A program made the translations under genes and the position numbers. This document shows positions 7,991 to 16,230 of a stretch of DNA of 16,230 bases, piece after piece. Below the pieces are notes generated by a model, which was given only the letters and a program-made list of their open reading frames with translations, was not told where the DNA came from and ran no database searches. This stretch comes from Candidatus Thorarchaeota archaeon (GTDB taxonomy: Archaea; Asgardarchaeota; Thorarchaeia; Thorarchaeales; Thorarchaeaceae): positions 175,500 to 191,729 of the forward strand of contig CP070761.1 in NCBI GenBank assembly GCA_020348985.1, in the 5' to 3' direction. Within the stretch, counting starts at the first letter, position 1. The number at the start of each line of letters is the position of its first letter.

Positions 7991-8003
7991 ACTCTAGCGT
8001 ACG

Positions 8004-8080
8004 GGGCTCGTGGCGCAGACAGGTAGCGCAGCAGGCTTTTAACCTGATGGCCGCGGGTTCAAATCCCGCCGAGCCCGCCA
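8004..8080 (+). tRNA. tRNA-Lys(TTT), intronless, CCA encoded
   Basis: Acceptor GGGCTCG/CGAGCCC, G73 and CCA. Anticodon arm CAGG-CTTTTAA-CCTG (G27.A43 mismatch), T arm GCGGG-TTCAAAT-CCCGC. Confidence 0.96.
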
Positions 8081-8111
8081 CGATCCCGGCGTTAGACTGG
8101 ACTGGAGAGCT

Positions 8112-8239
8112 GATTGACAGAGCAAGCAAACGGGGCGGCTACTGCGGTAAATGAATGAGCTCGGATTTTCTGAGGTCATGCGTTGGGAAGCGCGAAATCC
8201 GACAGTGGTACTCCCCGTCCCATCTAATAGGTGTCAGTC
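8112..8239 (+). ncRNA. Candidate structured RNA (rpo2 5' leader or independent ncRNA), family not recognised
   Basis: Five nested helices by hand pairing: 8112-8119/8232-8239, 8130-8135/8213-8218, 8138-8144/8203-8209, 8161-8168/8195-8202, and 8180-8184/8189-8193 capped by a GGGA (GNRA) tetraloop. Confidence 0.5.
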
Positions 8240-8241
8240 TC

Positions 8242-11200
8242 ATGTCAGACGCGGAAGAACGAGGAAAGTATTGGCCTGTCATTGAGTCCTTCTTTGGGCA
8301 CTATGGGCTTGTTGGCCAGCATCTTGATTCCTTCAATAGATTCGTGAGGGAGGAACTGCAGCAAGTAGTTGACAGTGTTGGCGAGCTGAAGCCGAAAGTA
8401 GAAGGGTACACAGTCTCCCTTGGTAGGATTACTGTCGAGCCGCCTTCGGTCAGAGAGGCTGATGGAAGTGAACATGCACTATATCCTAACGAAGCACGAA
8501 TCCGGAACTTAACCTACGCAAGCAAACTATACTTAGAGTGCACCCCGATTAGAAAGGAAGGATCTGTTACAACTCGACTTGAAACTCTAAGAATCTACAT
8601 TGGCGATCTTCCGATTATGCTTCGCAGCGAGAAATGCCTTCTTCATGGTATGTCTGATGAGGATCTTATCAGCCACGGTGAAGACCCAAAGGATCCTGGA
8701 GGCTATTTCATAATCAATGGTTCAGAACGCGTACTAGTGACACAAGAAGATCTGGCGCCAAATAGAATACTCATTGAAGAAGCGAGCAAGAGCTCTAGCT
8801 ATACTCACATCGCCAAAGTCTTCTCAACCTCACGTGGATTCCGTGCTCCTGTTACAATCGAGAGAAAGCGAACAGGAGAGCTCCGTGTATCGTTCCCATC
8901 AGTTCCAGGGAAAATCCCGCTTGCAATCCTTCTGAAGGCTCTCGGCCTAGAATCCGACCGGGAGATTGTTGATGTCATATCGGATGATGAAGAAATTCGA
9001 AACGAGCTGATTGTCACCATTGAACAGTCTGCACCGATCAATGCAGAACGTGATGAGGAAGAAGGTTCCACCAGAGTGAATGCCCTGGATTTCATTGGAA
9101 AGAGGGTTGCTGTTGGGCAGACAAAAGAATACAGGCTAGCTCGAGCTGAGAAGGTTCTTGATAGATACCTGCTTCCACACATTGGCACGGAGGAAAACTA
9201 TCGACTTCAGAAAGCTTACTATCTTGGTCAAATGGTAGAGCGTCTACTCGAGCTCGTATTGGACAAAAGACAGGCTGACGACAAGGACCACTACTCAAAC
9301 AAGAGACTGAAGCTTTCTGGCGACTTGTTGATGTCTCTTTTCCGAGTTGCTCTATACTCCTTGACTCGCGACATAAAGTATCAGCTCGAACGCACAGCAG
9401 TTCGTGGTCGAAAACCTAACATCCGTACAGCCGTAAGAGCAGATGTTATCACGCAGAGACTGAAGCATGCATTGGCAACAGGAAACTGGGTCGGTGGAAA
9501 GGCTGGTGTCTCACAGCTTCTCGACCGAACCAACTACATATCTTCGCTCTCGCATTTGCGCAGAGTAGTATCTCCACTCTCACGTTCGCAGCCGCATTTC
9601 GAAGCTCGGGACCTGCACTCCACTCATTGGGGAAAGATATGTCCAAACGAAACTCCTGAGGGTCCCAATTGTGGTCTGGTCAAAAACATAGCAATGATGG
9701 CATACATTTCGGTTGGAACTAACGAGGAAGCTGTCGAACATGCCTTAATCAAAGCAGAAGTCGAACCGATTGAGAACCTGAAAGGGAAGAGAGGTGCAAA
9801 GTGGGCAGATGTATTCCTAAATGGAAGACTTGTCGGAGTTCATCCCGCCCCGCAGGTCTTGACAAAGACTATCAGGCAGAAGCGACGTGCGGGAGAGATT
9901 GATCATGAAACAAACATCTCCTACTACGAGGAAACAAACGAGGTTCAGGTCAATTGCGATGCTGGCCGTGTAAGACGTCCTGCGATAGTTGTAGAGAATG
10001 CAAAGAGTAGACTTACCGATGAACACCTCAAAATGATAGTAGACGGCGAATGGGGGTTCATCGAATTACTGCGAAATGGTATTGTTGAGTTCTTGGATGC
10101 AGAAGAAGAGGAGAATACACTGATTGCAATGTATCCTTCAGAGATTGCGAAGCCAACCACCCATATGGAGATTGAACCTTCCACGATTCTTGGCATCTCA
10201 GCTGCCCTTATACCGTTCCCTGAAAGAAATCAATCGCCTCGAAATGTCTACATGGCAGGCATGGCAAAGCAATCCGTTGGTGTACCTGCTTCAAACTTCA
10301 GATATAGAGCAGATACGAGAGCACACTTCTTCCACTACCCTCAAATTCCACTTGTCAAGACTCGCGCAATGGATTCGATTGGCTTTGAAGAGAGGCCAGC
10401 ACTGCAGAACTTCGTAGTCGCTATACTATCTTTTGAAGGCTACAACATCGAAGATGCCCTCATCATGAACAAGGCATCAATTGACCGAGGTCTTGGAAGA
10501 AGCACATTCTGCAGAGTCTATGAGAGTGAGGAACGCAAGTACCCTGGAGGCCAGGAAGACAGGTTCGAGATTCCTGATCGTAGCGTTCGTGGATATAGGG
10601 CTTCAGAATCATATAGGAACCTTGGAGAGGACGGTGTTATTGAAACCGAAGTCGAAGTTCAAGGAGGAGATGTTCTCATAGGAAGAACTTCACCGCCGCG
10701 GTTCCTTGAAGAGTACTCAGAGTTTGAGATTGCATCACCAAACCGACGCGAGACTTCTGTAGCCGTGCGTCACGGCGAGTCTGGAGTTGTTGACAGTGTT
10801 ATTCTAACCGAGACAATCGATGGAAACAGACTCGTTAAGGTCAAGGTCAGGGATCTTCGAATACCTGAGCTTGGTGATAAATACGCTTCACGTCATGGTC
10901 AAAAGGGTGTTATCGGATACATAGTTCCTCAGGCTGATGTACCGTTTACCGAAGATGGAGTAGTACCTGATCTGATAATCAACCCTCATGCAATTCCAAG
11001 TAGAATGACAATCGGCCAAATCCTTGAGATGGTTGCTGGAAAGGCCGCATCAATGGATGGCAAGCAGCAAGATGCAACCGCCTTCTCTGGAGTGGGTGAG
11101 GAAGAGCTCTTCCAGATCCTTTCTAAACGTGGACTCCAATACAATGGTCGGGAGACCATGTACTCCGGAATCACCGGTGAGAAACTCACTGTTGACATAT

Positions 11201-11610
11201 TCATTGGTGTCATTGCCTATCAGAAGCTCCATCATATGGTTGCAGACAAGATTCATGCCAGGGCAAGAGGACCCGTCCAGATTCTTACGCGTCAGCCAAC
11301 AGAAGGACGAGCACGAGAAGGTGGTCTTAGATTCGGAGAGATGGAGCGAGACGTTCTGATAGGTCACGGCGCAGCGATTCTTCTGAAAGGACGATTACTC
11401 GATGAATCAGACAAGAGTAACATGCTGGTCTGTGAGGAATGCGGTCTCATTGGAGTCTACGACAGGAACCGTGACGCCTACTACTGTCCAATATGTGGTC
11501 AGGGCGCGAAGATCAGCAGCGTTGTGGTATCTTATGCTTTCAAACTGCTGATACAGGAGATGATGTCACTCGGCCTGGCGTGCAGGCTACGACTGAAGGA
11601 GATGATATAA
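8242..11610 (+). CDS. rpo2: DNA-directed RNA polymerase subunit Rpo2 (B), unsplit
   Basis: GGYFIINGSER, ETPEGPNCGLVKN, GDKYASRHGQKG, NPHAIPSRMT, GGLRFGEMERD and a C-terminal Zn ribbon. Start placed at ATG 8242 (AGGTG SD at 8229-8233) rather than 8155. Confidence 0.98.
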   Translation: MSDAEERGKYWPVIESFFGHYGLVGQHLDSFNRFVREELQQVVDSVGELKPKVEGYTVSLGRITVEPPSVREADGSEHALYPNEARIRNLTYASKLYLECTPIRKEGSVTTRLETLRIYIGDLPIMLRSEKCLLHGMSDEDLISHGEDPKDPGGYFIINGSERVLVTQEDLAPNRILIEEASKSSSYTHIAKVFSTSRGFRAPVTIERKRTGELRVSFPSVPGKIPLAILLKALGLESDREIVDVISDDEEIRNELIVTIEQSAPINAERDEEEGSTRVNALDFIGKRVAVGQTKEYRLARAEKVLDRYLLPHIGTEENYRLQKAYYLGQMVERLLELVLDKRQADDKDHYSNKRLKLSGDLLMSLFRVALYSLTRDIKYQLERTAVRGRKPNIRTAVRADVITQRLKHALATGNWVGGKAGVSQLLDRTNYISSLSHLRRVVSPLSRSQPHFEARDLHSTHWGKICPNETPEGPNCGLVKNIAMMAYISVGTNEEAVEHALIKAEVEPIENLKGKRGAKWADVFLNGRLVGVHPAPQVLTKTIRQKRRAGEIDHETNISYYEETNEVQVNCDAGRVRRPAIVVENAKSRLTDEHLKMIVDGEWGFIELLRNGIVEFLDAEEEENTLIAMYPSEIAKPTTHMEIEPSTILGISAALIPFPERNQSPRNVYMAGMAKQSVGVPASNFRYRADTRAHFFHYPQIPLVKTRAMDSIGFEERPALQNFVVAILSFEGYNIEDALIMNKASIDRGLGRSTFCRVYESEERKYPGGQEDRFEIPDRSVRGYRASESYRNLGEDGVIETEVEVQGGDVLIGRTSPPRFLEEYSEFEIASPNRRETSVAVRHGESGVVDSVILTETIDGNRLVKVKVRDLRIPELGDKYASRHGQKGVIGYIVPQADVPFTEDGVVPDLIINPHAIPSRMTIGQILEMVAGKAASMDGKQQDATAFSGVGEEELFQILSKRGLQYNGRETMYSGITGEKLTVDIFIGVIAYQKLHHMVADKIHARARGPVQILTRQPTEGRAREGGLRFGEMERDVLIGHGAAILLKGRLLDESDKSNMLVCEECGLIGVYDRNRDAYYCPICGQGAKISSVVVSYAFKLLIQEMMSLGLACRLRLKEMI

Positions 11611-14268
11611 TTGTTCGCAGCACAAACCACCAAGAAGATAGATGCAATTGAATTCGGACTACTATCTCCCGATGATGTTCGGAAGATGTCCGTAGCCCAG
11701 ATTGTTGTCGCCGATACCTACGATGAGGATGGGTATCCCATTGAGAGTGGCATAATGGACCCTAGACTGGGAGTCATAGATCCAGGCCAGCGCTGTAGGA
11801 CTTGTGGAAACAGGGTGGGCAATTGCCCCGGCCATTTCGGACATATCGAACTAGCAAGACCTGTAATGCATGCCGGATATGCCAAGGTCATCCACAAAGT
11901 TCTCAGAGCAGTATGCCGTGAGTGTAGCAGAATCTTGCTTACCGATGAAGAGATAGAGTACTACACTGGGCTTTTCAAGAAATATCCTGGCATTGGACAG
12001 AAGACAGCAAATCTCTCCAAGGAGATCCTCAAACGGTGCGCCAAAGTCAAGATATGTCCTCACTGCAGTGAAGAACAGCTAAAGCTGAAGCTCGAGAAGC
12101 CAACATCAATCTATGAAGTTGGCGAAGCAGGTTCTGTAAGACTCACACCAATTGATGTGCGTGCACGACTTGAGAATGTCACGGACGACGATTACCGGCT
12201 GCTAGGGATCAACCCTGAAGCTGCACGGCTCGAATGGGCGATTCTTACAGTACTCGCAGTTCCGCCTGTGACAGTGAGACCTTCAATCACTCTCGAATCT
12301 GGAGTTCGTTCTGAGGATGATTTGAGTCACAAACTAATTGACATAATCAGAATCAACCAAAGACTTAGAGAGAATCTGGATGCTGGTGCACCTCAGTTGA
12401 TTGTAGAAGATCTATGGTCGCTGCTAGAATACCATACCACAACCTATCATGACAACGGAGTTTCAGGAATACCTCCGGCACGACACAGGTCAGGCCGTGC
12501 TCTAAGAACACTTGCCCAGAGACTGAAGGGCAAGGAAGGAAGATTCCGATCTAACCTTTCAGGCAAACGTGTTGACTTTTCTGCTCGAACTGTCATTTCT
12601 CCTGATCCAAACCTCAGTATGAACGAGGTCGGAGTGCCTGAGCAGATTGCCAAGATTCTATCAATTCCACAACGAGTAACTGAATGGAATATCGAAGAGA
12701 TGAAAGAGCTTGTGATTCGTGGTCCAGATAGGCACCCCGGTTCCAACTATCTCATTCGTACTGATGGTAGACGTGTAGACTTGCGATTTGTGAAAGACAG
12801 ATCAATCATAGCAGATACCATCGAACCTGGTTTCATTGTAGAACGTCATCTTGACAGTGGAGATATTGTCCTATTCAATCGTCAACCATCACTACACAGG
12901 ATGTCCATCATGGCACATGAGGTTAGAGTCATGCCGTATCGGACATTCAGACTTTCCCTTTTCGTTTGTCCACCTTACAACGCAGACTTTGATGGAGATG
13001 AGATGAATCTCCATGTTCCCCAGTCAGAAGAAGCAAGAGCAGAGGCGAGAGTCCTTATGAGAGTACAGGAGCAAATATTGTCTCCACGCTTTGGTGGACC
13101 AATCATAGGCGCTCTACAAGACTACATTTCCGCAGCATTTCTTTTGACCAGAAAATCAACTCTCTTTACGGAAACCCGTGTCAACCAGCTTCTGGCGACG
13201 GCAGGTTATGCCGGAGAGCTACCAAAGCCTGCAATCCTAAGTCCTGTAAAACTCTGGACTGGTAAACAGATATTCAGCATGTTCATTCCGGAGGGTCTCT
13301 CATTATCTTTCAAGGCAAACATCTGCAGAAAGTGTAAAACCTGCAAGATTGAAGATTGTGAGAATGATGCCTATGTCGTTATTCGCGACGGAGAACTTCT
13401 CTTCGGTGTTGTCGATGAGAAGGCATTTGGCGCAGGTGAAGCAGATTCGCTCTTCCACAGAATAATCAAAGAGAAGGGCCCAACGATCGCACGTCAATTC
13501 ATGGACTCAGTTGGAAGACTCCTAGTTCGACTGATTACCGATAGGGGATTCACTATGGGGCTGGATGATGTCACCTTACCTCGTGAAGCACAACAACGTA
13601 TCAGAGTTATCCTAGTAGAGGCGGAACAGAAGGTTGAACAGCTCATTGAAACCTATAAACGAGCCGAGCTAGATGCCAATCCAGGTCAAACACTTCTTGA
13701 AACACTTGAACAGCGAATCCAAGCTACGCTTGCTGAAGCTCGTGACTCAGCAGGTGAGGTAGCAGGAGAGCATCTAGGTCTAGAGAACGCTGCTGTAATT
13801 ATGGCACAAACAGGTGCTCGGGGTTCACGTCTTAATCTATCACAAATGGCAGCAGTCGTTGGACAGCAATCTGTACGTGGTGGAAGAATCAGCAGGGGGT
13901 ATATGGGGCGTACTCTTCCACATTTCGAAAGAGGTGATCTTGGAGCCCGAGCCCGAGGATTCGTCACATCCAGCTACAAGAGCGGACTAGACCCCATCGA
14001 ATATTGGTTCCATGCTGCAGGCGGACGCGAAGGCCTTGTGGACACAGCCGTTAGGACATCAACTTCTGGATACATGCAGAGGCGACTTATGACTGCTCTA
14101 CAAGATCTCAAGGTTGAGAGCGATGGTACTGTTCGCACTGCGCCCGGCAGAATAGTACAGTTTCGCTTTGGTGACGACGGAGTGGATCCAAGCAAGTCGG
14201 ACCATGGTCGCTCGGTGAATATCGACATTGCAATTGAGAAGATTCTCGGAAAGAGTCGAGCTAAGTAG
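11611..14268 (+). CDS. rpo1N: DNA-directed RNA polymerase subunit Rpo1N (A')
   Basis: CRTC...CPGHFGHIEL, GKRVDFSARTVI, LFNRQPSLH, catalytic YNADFDGDEMN and bridge helix TAVRTSTSGYMQRRL. TTG start directly after the rpo2 stop, with GGAG just upstream. Confidence 0.98.
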   Translation: MFAAQTTKKIDAIEFGLLSPDDVRKMSVAQIVVADTYDEDGYPIESGIMDPRLGVIDPGQRCRTCGNRVGNCPGHFGHIELARPVMHAGYAKVIHKVLRAVCRECSRILLTDEEIEYYTGLFKKYPGIGQKTANLSKEILKRCAKVKICPHCSEEQLKLKLEKPTSIYEVGEAGSVRLTPIDVRARLENVTDDDYRLLGINPEAARLEWAILTVLAVPPVTVRPSITLESGVRSEDDLSHKLIDIIRINQRLRENLDAGAPQLIVEDLWSLLEYHTTTYHDNGVSGIPPARHRSGRALRTLAQRLKGKEGRFRSNLSGKRVDFSARTVISPDPNLSMNEVGVPEQIAKILSIPQRVTEWNIEEMKELVIRGPDRHPGSNYLIRTDGRRVDLRFVKDRSIIADTIEPGFIVERHLDSGDIVLFNRQPSLHRMSIMAHEVRVMPYRTFRLSLFVCPPYNADFDGDEMNLHVPQSEEARAEARVLMRVQEQILSPRFGGPIIGALQDYISAAFLLTRKSTLFTETRVNQLLATAGYAGELPKPAILSPVKLWTGKQIFSMFIPEGLSLSFKANICRKCKTCKIEDCENDAYVVIRDGELLFGVVDEKAFGAGEADSLFHRIIKEKGPTIARQFMDSVGRLLVRLITDRGFTMGLDDVTLPREAQQRIRVILVEAEQKVEQLIETYKRAELDANPGQTLLETLEQRIQATLAEARDSAGEVAGEHLGLENAAVIMAQTGARGSRLNLSQMAAVVGQQSVRGGRISRGYMGRTLPHFERGDLGARARGFVTSSYKSGLDPIEYWFHAAGGREGLVDTAVRTSTSGYMQRRLMTALQDLKVESDGTVRTAPGRIVQFRFGDDGVDPSKSDHGRSVNIDIAIEKILGKSRAK

Positions 14269-14278
14269 GGGAGTGTAA

Positions 14279-15466
<1,188 letters not shown>

Positions 15467-15491
15467 ATTTTGTTGTTCAAAGCAGTCATGG

Positions 15492-15506
15492 CACAAACAT
15501 TTTAAC
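15492..15506 (+). promoter_or_regulatory. Putative internal BRE-TATA promoter for rpl30e-nusA
   Basis: CACAAACA followed by TTTTAA (15500-15505) in the 114-nt gap after rpo1C. A T-rich tract ATTTTGTTGTT directly follows the rpo1C stop. Confidence 0.4.
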
Positions 15507-15580
15507 AGAAGTCAATCAGACGACGCTCTAGTACACGGCTTGTTAATGAGTCATATCTTCAAACAAAGAGGTCACGGAAA

Positions 15581-15874
15581 TTGAGCGTAAATCAACCGCT
15601 TGCCAGTGCTGTAAGTACGGGCAAATGCATGATAGGTGCAAGATCCTCCATTGACGCCATAAAGAATGGGGACGCCAAACTTGTAGTAATCGCACGTAAC
15701 TGTTCTCAGGAAGAACGCGAAGACATTGAACGATTTGCAGAGCTTGCACAAATACCAATCCACATTTTCGATGGAACCTCTTGGGATATGGGAGAAACTG
15801 TCGGAAAACCGTTCATGGTGTCTGCAATCGCCGTGATTGAAGCCGGCGACTCGAAGATTCTCAAGATGTTCTGA
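15581..15874 (+). CDS. rpl30e: 50S ribosomal protein L30e (eL30)
   Basis: AVSTGKCMIGARSSIDAIKNGDAKLVVIARNC...GETVGKPFMVSAIAVIEAGDSKIL; canonical position after rpo1C; TTG start with GAGGT SD. Confidence 0.96.
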   Translation: MSVNQPLASAVSTGKCMIGARSSIDAIKNGDAKLVVIARNCSQEEREDIERFAELAQIPIHIFDGTSWDMGETVGKPFMVSAIAVIEAGDSKILKMF

Positions 15875-15883
15875 GGTGCCTTT

Positions 15884-16230
15884 TTGGCTCGAGTTAAACT
15901 CTCCATGGAAGACATGGCTCTCATTGCCAGTTTTGAACGGATAACAGGTGCGGCTGCAGTTGATGTTATCCGAGATGACGACAGCGAACGAATCATCTTC
16001 GTAGTTCGACCCAAACAGCTGGGCAAGGCCATAGGCAAAGGAGGTTCAAATGTGAAGAGGGCCTCTGACTCCTTTGGCATGTCAGTCGATGTCGTGGAAA
16101 TTGCAGAAACAGTCGAAGAATTTGTCAAGAATGCTCTAGCCCCAGCTCGTGTGGAGAAAGTCAAGATCATAGTCCAGCGCGATGGGAGCAAGGTGGCAGC
16201 AGTCACAGTGAAGAGTGAAGACCGAGGCAT
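15884..16230 (+). CDS. nusA: Archaeal NusA (KH-domain transcription factor), 3' truncated by the window
   Basis: Not in the ORF track. TTG 15884 with GAGGTG SD reads MARVKLSMEDMALIASFERITGAAAVDVIRDDDSERIIFVVRPKQLGKAIGKGGSNVK..., including the KH motif AIGKGG; canonical position after rpl30e. Confidence 0.95.
   Translation, partial: MARVKLSMEDMALIASFERITGAAAVDVIRDDDSERIIFVVRPKQLGKAIGKGGSNVKRASDSFGMSVDVVEIAETVEEFVKNALAPARVEKVKIIVQRDGSKVAAVTVKSEDRG

Noticed and set aside
8161-8202. Hammerhead-like elements (CTGAGG...stem-GNRA-stem...GAAA, with stem III-like TCGGAT/ATCCGA)
   Set aside because: The core reads CUGAGG-UCAU rather than CUGANGA, and there is no room for stem I between the would-be cleavage site and CUGA. 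Not a canonical hammerhead.
8085-8240. RNase P RNA, SRP RNA, 5S rRNA, tRNA-Sec or C/D-box sRNA as the identity of the structured spacer
   Set aside because: There is no GAGGAAAGUCC or CR-V for RNase P (only a short GAGCAAG resemblance), no SRP helix-8 motif and no 5S or cloverleaf layout. The C/D-like words (ATGAATGA, CTGA) do not form a complete C-D'-C'-D set.
8155-8241. 29-residue N-terminal extension of Rpo2 given by the ORF track
   Set aside because: No similarity to Rpo2 N-termini as I recall them. ATG 8242 has an AGGTG SD at normal spacing, and the segment is better explained as structured RNA.
13324-13362. Cys cluster CRKCKTCKIEDC in Rpo1N
   Set aside because: Comparable metal-binding insertions occur at this position in other archaeal Rpo1N proteins.
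15706-16230. 174-aa minus-strand ORF
   Set aside because: Antisense shadow of rpl30e/nusA; the + strand carries a clear NusA.

Overview
Archaeal chromosomal window. The right half (8.2-16.2 kb) is the core RNA polymerase/translation cluster: unsplit rpo2 (rpoB), split rpo1N/rpo1C (rpoA1/rpoA2), rpl30e and a partial nusA. It lacks the usual upstream rpo5 (rpoH); tRNA-Lys(TTT) sits in that position, flanked by two strongly self-complementary non-coding stretches. The left half has an orphan Zn-ribbon DNA amino-methyltransferase (COG1743/DUF1156-like), tRNA-Tyr, a DUF6144-like Cys-rich protein, a small hypothetical, an atypical SDR, a DinB-SIS-HEAT gene run, tRNA-Asp and a small Cys-rich protein (DUF6485-like) cut by the window edge. 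Unsplit B plus split A fits several archaeal lineages; an Asgard/Thorarchaeia-like origin is only a guess. The best candidate for something undescribed is a ~150-nt RNA element between tRNA-Lys and the rpo2 start, which can adopt two mutually exclusive folds and overlaps the rpo2 ribosome-binding site. All folds were derived by hand and family names are from memory; nothing was computed or searched.
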